Assembly: GCA_964036045.1 (NCBI GenBank)
Contig: OZ038378.1
Location: 14,198,001 to 14,262,000 of the forward strand
DNA: 64,000 nt
From: Eutreptiella sp. 'Long Island Sound 2002'
Taxonomy: Eukaryota; Protista; Euglenida
Direction of reading: 5' to 3'
The notes under the pieces were generated by a model. The model saw nothing but the letters and a program-made list of their open reading frames with translations. It had not been told where the DNA came from and did not search any database. This document shows positions 47,427-59,059 of the stretch, piece after piece; within the stretch, counting starts at the first letter, position 1, and every line of letters starts with the position of its first letter. Position numbers and translations under genes: made by a program.

Positions 47427-47577
47427 GCTCTAACTAGTTAGAACGGGGTTAGAACGGGGTTAGAGCAATAGTTGTCGCGTGGGTTATCGCGCGATAACCT
47501 AGTTATCGCGGGGGTCATCGCGGGGGTTATCGCGCGATAACTAGTTATCGTGCGAGTTATCGCGTAGGGTATCGCGC
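47427..47577. repeat. palindromic TAACTAGTTA / TTATCGCG array upstream of a splice acceptor
   Basis: Includes the perfect 18-bp palindrome GGTTATCGCGCGATAACC (47482-47499). A pyrimidine tract and AG (47606-47607) follow. Confidence 0.85.
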
Positions 47578-48962
47578 TTCATTTTATGTTTCTCCTTTTC
47601 GCTTTAGCTCTCAAAGCTTTCATCTCCTTTGTAATGGCCCTTGCTGCTGCCCACGCTTGGTGCGAGCACCATCAAAAGCTCCTCGTGGTCCGTCGCCTTG
47701 GCGGTCCTGAGGGGTTTACGATGGGTGACGCAAACGTGAGGCGGCCCGTGGCGACTCGCTTTGAACATGGTGTGGACGTTGGACTCCTTGTCCATAAGTC
47801 CCCCTTCATGGCCGACAAGAGAGACCCCTTGGTTCTCAGCAACTACATCTTCGAGTTGCTAGAGGTAAATCCAAGGGTTGCTGGATTCCTGATCCAGGTG
47901 CATCCCGAGGATGTGGACGCGGTGTTGGAGTCCGTCAGCGCCCATGCCGAGAAGGGTGCGGGGACGAAGACGACCCTTTATGTGGGTCAAGAGGAAGAGG
48001 AGGAAGTGGAGGAGGAAGTGGAGGAGGTGGAGGAGATGGGTGCTGGGAGGGGGAAGCCCCACAACCCCCTCATGATTAGTGCCCGGAAGGTAAGGATCTG
48101 ACCGGGTAAGGGGAAGGGGAAGTCGGATGGTTGGTTCCCCCTACCCCTCACCGACAACACCCGCCGGGTCTGCACTGACGACCCCGAAAACAAGCTCCCC
48201 ATGCAGTCCCTTTGCCCCACAAGGGAGTGGGAGCGTGAGTGGTATGGGGTCACCACTCCCAACGTTATTTCGGGGCAGGGGGTGATTCTTTTTCCTTTTG
48301 GGGCCACACCCCCCCTTATTGGGGAGGCGGAGGAGGTGGTTGCCGCCGAGCCCTTGGGGGCCTTTAATAGGGACCCCAATGACCTTGTCCTCACTGTGGG
48401 GGGAAGGCTGGTGGTCAACCACCTCCTGGAGCACGATTTTTGGAGTGATGTGCAGCTGCAAAGTCTTTTGGATGATCTGGATAGGGTGCCTCTCAGAGAG
48501 AAGGCACCCATTTTCAATGAGAACCCCCCCATTGTCGGCAGACCCCTAGATTCTGGGACCCGCCGCACATTGTATGGCAACCCATAATTGTGAGGAGGAG
48601 GATGGGTCACATTTTCTTTTTGTGCCCTCTAGTAGTTCGGGGTTCCCTGACCCTTGGGTGGAGAGGGCTGTGCCATTCAAGAGGGGCACTGCCTTTTTTT
48701 CTAATGCCCTTGATGTCCACCGGGGGTCGGGCATTCCAAAGGCCTCCCACGGGCGTGACCCGCCCCCGCCTCATGGCATTTTTTGCCATTGAGCTAACCC
48801 AAGGGGGGAATCTTCAAATCCCCAACCTGCACGTGACCCAGTCCATCAAGCGGCCCCAGCTGGGGGCACCTGGTGCCCGGGTGGCCAAGACAGTCCAGTG
48901 TGAAGGGGCGGTTAGGTGTAGGGGGAAGGTCGTAGCCAATTGCTACGACTGCAACCGGGCGG

Positions 48963-49678
48963 AGAAAGATGTCCTTGATTAGTGCGCTATAGATTTTGAT
49001 GAAATCCTGCAGGTTTTTGATGGTGAAATCCCAAAACCAAAGGAGCAAGTAGAGCAAGAACATGATGTGGATGGAATCAATGAATAGTTTGAAATCCAGT
49101 GTAACACAGAAGTGCTGCAAATAGACAAAGCAGGTATAGATACAAAGATTCGATCACAAATGGATAAAACGAAAGATTTTATGTTAAAACTGGCCTGACT
49201 CTAGCCCCCAAGTTAGCATCAAGCACGTCATGTGCACTCTTTTGGATGAAATGGTGTTGGTTAGGAATATGGGGCAAAGGGGTTAGGCCAGACACAGATT
49301 ATGACTTGGCCAAGCAACTAAATTCAGAAACAGTTAAAAAGTAGGACCACAATCAGTGGTAGAAACAAAATAATATATCGGTCTTGGGGTGGGAGACCAC
49401 TAGGCTAAACCTCCAAGGCCTAAAGCATGAAATGCCTATTTTATTTCGGTATATCCTCCATGAAGGAAGATACCTCTGCTCAGTTGAGTGGTAGGGGTGA
49501 ACTTCATGGGGGGCTAGGGTTATAACCCTAGTTACTTTGAGAAAGTGTACTAAAAGCTTCAAAAGAGTGATAAAAATACTTAAGTTAGTCTTAGCATCAA
49601 CAAAAGGGTTTTAAGGGGAGCTTGGCCTGGATCAAGCCCTCCAAGAAAGACATGGCAGTGACTTTTTCTTACTGGCGG
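48963..49678. mobile_element. 716-bp insertion with a 5-bp GGCGG direct repeat
   Basis: GGCGG occurs at 48958-48962 and 49674-49678. Excision restores CNRA-VLCAAH in frame. Confidence 0.65.
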
Positions 49679-50208
49679 TTTTGTGCGCCGCCCATAAAGA
49701 TCGCCTTTGTGTGCCATGCCAGGAGGGGGAGGAGGTGGAGGGGGGGGAGGAGAAGGAGGTGCTGGAGGACCCCAATGGGGTCAGCATTGAGCAATGTGCT
49801 CAGTGCTTGCTCCCGGTGGGAACAACCACCGAGCATTTTTTGTTGTCGGGGTGGGGGAAGGGGAGGGAGATGATTGCCCCCCTCACTAATGAGGAGGCGG
49901 GGGGGGTCACAAGCCACCCCGATCAGTGCCCCTTGGCCAAGGTGTGCCATGGGGAGGCACTTCCCTGGCCCTCCCTGCAAGGGCATGTTGGGATTAGGGT
50001 GCCGCCTGGGTGCATTTTGGTGGTGAGGAGGGGATTGTATGGAGGAGTGGCGAGGGTGGCCCATGAGGTGGAGGGGGTGGCCCAGGTGGCGGATTCGAGG
50101 CAAGTGGGGGAGTATGCCGCCGTCACGGACTTCGTGTGGCTCCGGAGGATGAACCTGGTGCTGGACGACGCCAAGAAGGAAGGCCAAGGCATGTGCCCAT
50201 GTCACCAG

Positions 50209-50405
50209 GTGTGAGAACTTCCCACAACACCCTGCACTAACCCCTGCTCTAACTAGTTATCGCGCTAGGTTATCGCGTTCTAACTAGTTATCGCGGGGTT
50301 ATCGCGGGGGGTTACCGCGGGGGTTATCGCGTTCTAACTAGGTTATCGCACGAGTTATCGCGGTAGTTATCGCGTGTTTTTTTTTGTTTGTTTTGTTTTT
50401 CTCAG
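50209..50405 (+). other. 197-nt GT-AG intron filled with the TAACTAGTTA/TTATCGCG array (50247-50374)
   Basis: CAG|GT donor and T-rich tract plus CAG acceptor. Removal fuses ORFs 49681-50214 and 50388-50735 in phase 0 (CHQ|ATIMQ). Confidence 0.75.
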
Positions 50406-51615
50406 GCCACCATCATGCAGCTGCCCCATATCTTCGTCAAGGATGAAGCCCAGCCAGCCGGAGCAGCAGGAGGAGCAGCAGAAGCAGCAGGGGCACGGCC
50501 CGCCAAGCCCTTGGCGGCCCGTGTGGAGCTGGAGGGGGAGAAGAGGCTGCCGGAGGGGGCGTCGTGGCGGTGGGGGGATCCTAGGGATGAGGCCTGCCGG
50601 ATGGGGGGGACGGGATGGTACCGGCAGGTCACCATCAACGAGAAGGAGAGGGGGGGTGGAGAGGAAGACCAACCTCACCCTCCCCTCCTATGTGTGGGTT
50701 GGGGGGGAAACGGCCAGATGGCCGAATGCCGCTGAGGGGGAAAAGGTTGCGGCTTTTTTGAGTTTGTTTGGGATGAGTGACCCGTCCGAAAGGAAATTTT
50801 TTTTTTGTTGAGGGTGTGCTTTTTGTGGGAGGGGGAGTACACCGGGAGGGAAGTGTGGCACAAGCTGCACAGAGGGGGGGGCATCCACCAGGTTGGGGGG
50901 TATGACCCCCCCCCCCATCTGTGTTGGAGGCCACTGCTGAATGGGTTCGGCAGTATGCACCCAAGGGGGGAAGGCCGGGAAAGCAGACGAAGCGGGGGCC
51001 TGAGGTGGTGGTTGTTGAGCCGGATGCCCCCCCCCCCCATAGGGGCAAGGGCCCCACCCCCTCCCCCAAGCCCTCCCCCAAGCCGTCGAAGGTGGCGAAG
51101 GTGGCGGCCCAGCCCCCCCCTGAGGCCCTGGATGTGGAGGCCTTGGGGGCCAGTGTGGCCACCCTTGTGACGGACGCTTGCCAGGTTTTGGTGGAGCAGG
51201 CGGCTGCCACGGGGGTCGAGGCCGCACTGGCCAAGGGTCGGTCGGCCGACTACAAGTCGGCCTTGGCGAAGGCCGAAAAGGTCCAGGGCAACACCTAGCG
51301 TCCCCTAGACCAGGCCCTCAACCTAGCCGCCAAGAGGGGGGAGGAGGTGGAGGCGATGAGGGGGGCCCTGAGGGAGGCCGAGGATGGGAGGCGGAAGGCG
51401 GAGGTGGAGGTGGCCCAGCTGAGGGTGGAGGTGGAGGCGCAGCGGAGGAGGGGGGATGACCTCCAGCAGTGCCTGGGGGTGGCTAAGGCGCAAGTGCGTA
51501 GCCTCACCTCCACCCTCAGTGCCACCTTCACCGCCCAGCAGGGGCTGGGGCCGCAAGGGGTGCAGAGTCAGGGTAGCGGGAGTAGGAGTGGGAGTCAATG
51601 ACTCCTGGGTTTGCT

Positions 51616-51690
51616 GATGTGGATGTGGATGTGGATGTGGATGTGGATGTGGATGTGGATGTGGATGTGGATGTGGATGTGGATGTGGAT
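51616..51690. repeat. (GATGTG)n microsatellite, about 12 units; a related degenerate run lies at about 32570-32620
   Basis: Directly visible. Confidence 0.95.
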
Positions 51691-52440
51691 GCGGAACGCA
51701 TTCGGAGCTTATGTATGCACCTGGGCGCGGATGTGGACGTGTGGAATGGGATCCATCTGCCCTGTGGGCTCGACTACGCTGGCACTTTTGCGCTCGCAGA
51801 AAATTGGTCCATTTACGTCCCGGAGGCGGCAAGAAAGTCTGCCTTGGTCCGCCATGCAGTCCGCTTCATAGTTTCCAATTATACTAACGTGTAATGGGAT
51901 TTTGACAAACTAGCATGAGGAGAGTGCCTGCGTCCTTCTGGAACTACCGTAAGCACGCATACCAACTACACGTACACCCTTGCTTGAAAGGCATGACGGC
52001 CTTCTCTGGTTGTGTGGCCCACATGGCGTTCCCTACAAATTTTGAGAGGTGTACCTGTTGTCGCGTAGAGGCAGAAACAAATCGCCTTGTATGTGTTTTG
52101 GAGTTGGCAGGGTGGGTGATCCGCCCCAAGTCTCAAGTCCAATAGCTCTCAGTGATCAAGCGGGTGAAGACCATAGACGGCACGCGCCACACCATCACCT
52201 TCTCCTCTCCTTATGTTTGTTGCGTTGTGCTAGGCTAGGTGCGGCTAGCTACCCGAATGTATGTCAGCAAGGTCATCGTCGAGGTATTGGACATCCATGA
52301 CCGACGAGGGTTGCAAGGCTGCTAGGTACCTTCCCGCAAGTTCTAGTGCCATGTAGCCACGTGTTCATTTCGTCATTGCACGAGTGATACTGTGCAAAGC
52401 CGTCAACTTTGGCTGTTGGTGGAAGCGGGGCCTCCGCCAA

Positions 52441-54694
52441 CTATTCGTCTTCTTTGATGATGTCTTCTACCCATTCGGCTGATTCTGATCCCAGAGCGGC
52501 TACAATGCCTGCTTGCACTGTGTTATCTTCTGGTGCACTTTCACCAGGTTCGTGAGTCAAAGCTTTTTTTCCGGACTTCATTCGGATGGACACACATGAT
52601 TGTTGATCCACCGAGCACCTAGTGCTGTGCAAGTGCAACCGAGTCCCTTTTTGGATATGCCCTCGGGTAGACATGCCCGTCATGCGAGAGATCATACACT
52701 TTGTGAAAGTTAGTCAAGGGCCCAAACAACCCCATGATCACTTGGGTATGGAGTCTTCTCTCACTTGATGGCATGCGCACTTCGAATGATAAGTCATTGG
52801 GTGGAAAAGACCAGTTTTTGTGTTGACGGGAGCTAGGGATGGAGCTGCCGACTACGGTATGTGTGGGGATGAATTGGCCTAAACATGGACCAATTTCGCT
52901 TCGAGTCCCAAAAAGATGATTAAATTGTAATTGTAGAAGAAATTCTACGCAAATGAAAGTTGGAGGACTCTCCCGGCGTTGCACGGGACGTTGGAAACGT
53001 CTAATGAAGCAAGGATAGGCGTTGTGCACTTCAATGTGCATCCATTTAGTTGCCTGTAGGGTGGCTTTCCAAACTTAGACTTTACCAAGACGGAGAGACA
53101 TTACCGTCCATTTCGGATGGGTCCTTAAGTGCTTCTGTTGTTGCGTGGGTTTGATAGAGGTTACCCTCAGACAATGTGTCAATGTTAATAATAATCAATT
53201 TTCCATTGTGGGTCCAATCGCGGGAATCAGCGAGCCGCAACAAGTGTTGTCCTTTTGCTTGTGTTAAAAAAACACCTAATTCTTACATAGTCGGGGTGTG
53301 GAGACTTCACAAAGAGGCCGTCACCTATTGGGAAGTAAGCCGCCGCTGAAAAATGACTTATGCCTTATGTTATTACCTGTTGTGGGACAAAGATACTGCT
53401 TATGCACTTCCCAAATGACCTTACATTGTTGAACAATTTTTCCATGACCGGCGTGAGCGCTTTATTGGCTTCAATATCGGCCACCACTCTTTGCCTGCAG
53501 TTTTCGGTGACTACTTCTCGATGCATGTCGAACCTTAGGTTCATAGTTGACTTTTAGATGGTCTTGTTGACCTTAATCACATTAAGCGCCCACTGTACAC
53601 TAGGACCGCCCGGGTAGCTGTCATCAAACTTGATGGCCCTGTCGGGTTTTTTCAAAGTAAAAACATGAATAGCAAACATTCGGCGCTCTTGAACATTTCC
53701 TTTATTCGTGGTTCCGGATTGTGTGCTTAATTCCGGTCAGACGGTGTGATGCATGACAATACAATGTACATATTGTTTGAGGTCGATGAGTGGTGCACTA
53801 GCAAAGAGGGGATGATTTCTTGCCGTGGTATTTGGTTTGTCCAACCCACCACCTGGACAATTCCTTTACGGGGTCGGCTTTGATAGAGATTTCAGACACT
53901 ATTTTAATCAATTGGGAATATTTGCGTGAAGTTGCGAAGGTTTCTGAAGTGCTTTTGCGGTCGTTGGGAAAGAGAAACTTCGGTGTTGGTTCACGACACG
54001 TTCAAAGCATTTGAAGGGTTCATGCTCTTTTGAGATAGAAGATTTTTCTTTTTGATGAGTGTCAAAGACATGGTGGGAGAACTGGACATCATCCTCGTCA
54101 ATAACTAACTTCCAACCGTGTAGGTCATACAAGAAATGTCTCTCATTCATGGGTAGGCTGAGTCTTTTTCAGTCGTACAATTTCTCCTTGTTTTTGTCTT
54201 CCTTGAAAAATTCAAAATCCGTCTGGAATTTCGTGACGTCTTGTTCATGCATTAACTTGTGAAAGCAGGAACGTTTGGGTTGAATCAGTTACAAACTGTA
54301 ACCCTCTTTGTTCGGGGTTTCGTTGTGAGCCTTCTTGGACAAAAAATATTGTCGTGAGGAGCGGAATAGATGGCGGTAATGACAATGAAGATGTTGACAG
54401 ATTGGTAATTGTTGCAATTGACGGTGTTTTGGTGTTTTGACCAGGTGGAGTTTGGCGGCTTGGATTGTCGTCAAAGAGGACCCTTTGTTGAGATTGGTCA
54501 TGAACCCAATTGATGTAGGTAAATGAGCAGCTTAATGGGTGTAATGACGCTAATTGTGGGACTGCACGCCCGTATTCCGCCAAATCAGGACGATGTATGT
54601 TCAATTTGGCTTTATTGCATTTTCTAAATGCTGAAATCGAAGAAAAATAGACACTCAGAAAGAGATTTTGACAAAATGCATTAGAATGTAGCAA
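52441..54694 (-). pseudogene. heavily decayed, intronless, AT-richer coding relic of unknown origin
   Basis: Successive protein-like fragments on the minus strand are separated by stops and frameshifts (e.g. EDVTKFQTDFEFFKEDKNKEKLYD*, RQRVVADIEANKALTPVMEKLFNNV). No family recognised. Confidence 0.3.
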
Positions 54695-56662
54695 ACCTTT
54701 TCAGAATCAATGAGAAACATCAAACGGCATTGAAATTCATCTTCTCAAAATTTTGAAATTGATCGGCTTGAGTGATCAGTTTTGTGACATATGCGCAGCT
54801 CTAAGCCACCGGTGCACTGCCGATTCTTAAACCACAGCAAAACATAAATGAATCAGAGTAAACTAAAATGATTGCAATTCCCACTGGGATAGCTGGGAGT
54901 GCAAAAAAAAAAAAGCTTAAATGATTGGGAATATTTGGAACGTCTCAGATGCAAGCAGTTGAGAGCGACTGTGCATCAGATGCATTGGTTTGCCTCCTTG
55001 GGGTCTGATACAATGCATTTTGTCAACAGAATGGATGTAAGGTATTTGGCAGTTGTAAAAGTGCTAGAGCAGCACTACAGGTGGAAAACTGGTGCAGCAG
55101 AACAAGAGAAGAGGAAAAAGCAACCACACCAAATGAACACAAACGATATATAGCCTGAGGGGCTTGGGGGAAAGTTCAGGTGGTGGTGTGAGAGGGGGGC
55201 TGGGGTGGGGCAATTAGGCTCTGTTTGAGGGTTGGTGATGTAAGAGATAATGAGGGTGCAGAGGCAGATCAATTGAAGCAATAACAGAGGTTTGGGAATG
55301 CTAGCGGTGCGCTGCTGATAGGGACACCCAGCAACAAGAAAACTTGTGTAAGGAATGGGACTGCAGGCATAGGTTTTCATTAAAGGTAAAGCGGGCTCAT
55401 GCTGGCGAACTATACTCCCACAAACGTGTGCACGGAAACTGATTGGCGCGTGTTTTCTGCATTCAACAGGGCCACGGATAATTCTTGCCAACATTACACC
55501 GTCATGGGCATTGAATCTGAGCTACAGACAGCAAAGATTGCGACAATGCGCTTGAATTTGACAGATCAACCAGAAACAAGAATAACATCGTATCTCAAGT
55601 CCGGCACAAATAGAGTTTCTCAATCTTAAAAAATTTACTCGAAGCAGTTGTACCCAACAAATTACTATACATCGCAAAGAACACATTGCAAAAAATGCTT
55701 CTGTCTCCTCATTTGAAACAACAACCACAACAACAAAACTGCTTCTGCTGCTGTCTGCTGTGAACAAACGCAAAGCTCACTCCACCTGCAAGAAATCTTA
55801 CTTCAATCACACTCCACTGCACAGACGACCATTAATATCGGAACATCAACACATGGGTGTGCACCGCTACGTCTACTCACCTGCTTGTCCAATATAGGAG
55901 GAAAAACAGAGTGACAGTATCAGCCATGTTGCCGAGGTAGGCAGGGAGGCAGGAAAGCAAACAGGCGGAAGATCACCCAACGACCTATGTGCCTACATGC
56001 AGTGGGCAGTCAACTTCTCGTCAGGCTGAGCGTGACAAGGGCAGGAAGGAAAGAGCCATGTGAAGTAAACACGTTTCTGTGTGCACCCACAGTCCCCCAC
56101 ACACCCACACCCACCCTCCCCCCACACGCACATGCCACAAACGCATGCCTACCCGCCACCCTATGCGCATGGCATGGCGCACAAGCAATACACAGGGCAT
56201 TGGAGAACCGTTTGCAGAAAGAGTTGCCAGGCATACACTAATGCCAACATGATCCTCCTGATGTCAGTGGGCTGTTTTCCTGCCCAGGTTTTGTCACATG
56301 GGGCGGGGCCTGGTCCCATGTCAAATTTACCAACCATCCATCTCGGCTCGTCACGTGTTTACATGATGTTATGCATCAATGCTCAAATCCATTTTTGACA
56401 GAGCCCTGGATCCAGCGGCAGGCAGGTTGCAGCACCTTCTACCTTCACTGGAACTGACCTGCGCTTCCCTTGACACATTCAGAAGAACACAGACGGAAAC
56501 ACCTGCCAAGGGCAGGGGAACATCAATACCGCCTGCTCATTGCAAGGGAATGCCAGAAGTGTAAAGTCCAGAGTATAGCCCATAGACCATTCGTGCGCCA
56601 CCGCTGATTGACAGCCCATACATGCCCCAGTGAATGGTGATTGAGAGCCCATCCGTGCCCAG

Positions 56663-56803
56663 TCAGACGTCATCATCGGGCACGCGGTCCTCATTAAAGA
56701 ACAAAGGGGTCCATCTCGCTTCTGAAGAAAATGCAAACTCATCTGCACTGCGCCACCCAACAGCCTCTTGGAAGGCCTTGAGCACTGTGCGCTGCCTTGA
56801 TGC
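56663..56803 (-). CDS. DUF1499-like putative thylakoid-lumen protein, last exon
   Basis: tttggcacAG acceptor, then ASRQRTVLKAFQEAVGW...DDDV and TGA. Phase 0 with the previous exon (GCING|ASRQR). Confidence 0.75.
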   Translation of the reverse strand, partial: ASRQRTVLKAFQEAVGWRSADEFAFSSEARWTPLFFNEDRVPDDDV

Positions 56804-57284
56804 CTGTGCCAAACAGCAGAGTTGGCGCAGAGCTCAGGAAGGGCGGGGGGGGGCAAACCTCAAAGCCCCAGCCTGCCCAAAATTAAGTGCCTGTGAAGCC
56901 TGCCCGCGCAGGCAGGGGGATGGACGCTACGGGGGGCGGCTTGAATCGTGAGCACTGGGAAAACCATTCCACTCTCCCTGACAAAACTTTGGTCGGGGGA
57001 GTATGGATATGGATGCGGGTGAGTTTATGAGGGAGTGCGGGAGGTCATGCAGTATGGGCATCTAGGTATGAGTGTAGGCGGGAATGGGTGTGTACATGGG
57101 TATTCGGATGCGCATTTGGATGGGCTCGGGTATGGGTATCGGTTGTGGGGGTCAAGGCGGATACGGCTTAACTTGTTGGTCGGGGTCAGTTCTGGGGGAG
57201 TGCATGTGTGACTGGTGTGTTTGGGGGGGGGGGGGGGGCTTGCGAGTGACAGCGGAATGTAGGTCCCATTGCTCACGGGCGCAC

Positions 57285-57725
57285 ATCACTGCCCCCTGGG
57301 GCGTCGCTGGCAGAGGCCTTACCGGCAGTCATTTCCAGGGCCGTGAAGTTCGGAGGGTCCTCTCCACCACAAATGACATGACGGGGGAAGTGTAACACAG
57401 GGGCGGGGGGTTGCGGAGCACCGGGTTTTGCCCATCGCTGCTGCTCTGCAGTCCCAGGCCTTTTGCCCGTGGTGCTGCTGGTGGAGTGTGCCCCGGGTGC
57501 CAACGTCAGGCGGCGCTGATGCCTTTCTGCTGAGGCTGAGGGTCTGTGAACCCTGGAGCCAGTGTGCCCTGGGTACTGGGGAGGAGAGGGGGGGGGGGGA
57601 TAGCACTGCGGTGGGCTGGTTGTCCCATGAACGTGAACACGGGGGGGGGGGGGGGGCTGGGGCAGTGGCTACGAAGACTTAGGGTCCAGCGGACGGTGAT
57701 GACGGGGGCAGAGGGGGCCCAAGAG
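57285..57725. repeat. about 440-bp segment duplicated at about 60098-60545 (same orientation, both copies intronic)
   Basis: Core 57345-57487 matches 60143-60285 with about 2 substitutions. The flanks are more diverged. Confidence 0.9.
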
Positions 57726-57909
57726 TTCAGCCCGAACCGAACCCTCGCCCTAAACCGGGCACAACGCCCGTCACACTGGATTGGCGGCGCGGTGGGAGTC
57801 GAATGCCCAATCCTTCGGTACGAATGTGGGGGCGGTGGTGGAGTCTCGCTTTGGAACGAGGAGGGGGAGGGGGGCGGGGCAGGCACAGCAACCCAAACCC
57901 CGGTCATAC

Positions 57910-58155
57910 CCCGTTGATGCAGCCGGGGGTCACACAAAAGGGCGGCGGGGCCTTCAGCGCCAAAGGCCGCTCCATGGACTCGCGCTCACAGCGCAGCATC
58001 ACCGTGCGCGTCTCCTCATCCCCAAACGCCACCTCCGCAATCTGCATTTCACCCCCTTCCATGGCCTGAAAGCGCAGGTATCCGACTTGGGGGTCTGCTC
58101 GGACGAGCTGTAGGCTCTGCTCAGACTCCACGGCCTGTAGCGCGGCTTGAAAAGC
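57910..58155 (-). CDS. DUF1499-like protein, internal exon
   Basis: Long pyrimidine tract plus ccccacAG acceptor, and GGG|GTATGA donor. Encodes 82 codons, AFQAALQAVES..GYLRFQA..EVAF..VMLRCERE..FCVTPGCING. Confidence 0.8.
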
Positions 58156-58769
58156 CTGTGGGGCGAAGGATCAGGGATGGGGAGAACAGGGAGAGCCCGA
58201 AAAAGGCGCCCGCCCCCAGCCCCCGATGAATGAGGGGCGAATGTGGCGAGGGACAGCGGGGGGCAGTCTTGTGGGTGGGGCGCTCCCTGTCTGCTACAGT
58301 CGTTGCGCCCTTGGCCTCACAGTCACAGAGTACAGCCACAAGGGCGGAATGCACTGCATTTCATGCTGCAGGACTGCGGGGGAGGGGGGGGGGGTTTGGA
58401 AACATCACCGAAGATGCCACGCCGCAGTGTCGCTTGGGCCCACTGGCAGTGAACCTGCTCAGCAAAAACCAGGGCATCCACCCGCCAGCACACGCAAAAC
58501 GCGGTGCCGCCGTTTCCGAAGAAAACACGAAACACGGGCGGTGGTGTTTGCCATCCCGGATTTTCTGGTTCCTGCGCATGACATTGGTGCATGATGACTG
58601 ACGAACACAGGCCCCTGATGGGTGCAGAGCAGGCAAAGCAGCACTGGCGCCCCGCCGGGCCGAGAGCACGGCACTGGTCCATGGGCTGATCGAGGGGTGG
58701 GTAGGGTGCACAAGGGTGCGGCAGCCGGAACTTGGGCACACAAGCCTGAGGTATGCAGCGCGGGCCTAC

Positions 58770-59059
58770 CTCCATTCGCGACAGGAGGCGGGGCCACAGC
58801 AGCGGTGCGACCGAGGCGTTTGGAGGCTCCAGAGCATTGGAGCTGACACAACCAGCACCTCCACTTGGGCACATCGAGAGGCGCGGCACCGACTGATCGG
58901 GGCTCCAAGCGGACTGGGGGGTATCACGGAGGTCGGTGTCCCGCAGGAGGGGCACTGAGGGCCCAGCGGAGGGGTCTTGAGGGGCAGGGAGAGCCTCTGC
59001 TGGCGAGAACGGGGCGAGGGCGAGGACGGCTGCGGGGACGAGCACGGACTGGCTCAAGG
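58770..59059 (-). CDS. DUF1499-like protein, exon with lumenal signal h-region, AEA cleavage site and CPxxxxCVSS motif
   Basis: ttctctcttacAG acceptor and GAG|GTAGGC donor. Encodes VLVPAAVLALAPFSPAEA and CPSGGAGCVSSNALEP..VAPL, resembling the DUF1499 CPxxPNCVSS start. Confidence 0.75.

Larger units (their letters stand above)
47634..51601 (+). pseudogene. decayed gene for a roughly 1000-aa protein with a 2OG-Fe(II) dioxygenase-like segment, Cys/His zinc-finger motifs and a C-terminal coiled coil
   Basis: The ATG is 26 nt after the acceptor. The frame runs through a single TGA (48099) and contains VPFKRGTAFF..DVHRG...(P)RLMAFFAI. A CYDCNRAVLCAAH motif is split by an insertion, and there is a GT-AG intron at 50209-50405. 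Several frameshifts fall at homopolymers, and there is a TAG at 51296. Confidence 0.55.

Noticed and set aside
50640-50920. Programmed frameshifting in the dioxygenase-like gene
   Set aside because: The shifts fall in long G, C or T homopolymers and are better explained by slippage decay or long-read consensus errors.
51598-51894. ORFs with DVDVDV, MWMWMW or PHPHPH runs, and poly-E/S/P/G ORFs at 10773-11563
   Set aside because: These are translations of microsatellites, not evidence of repeat proteins.
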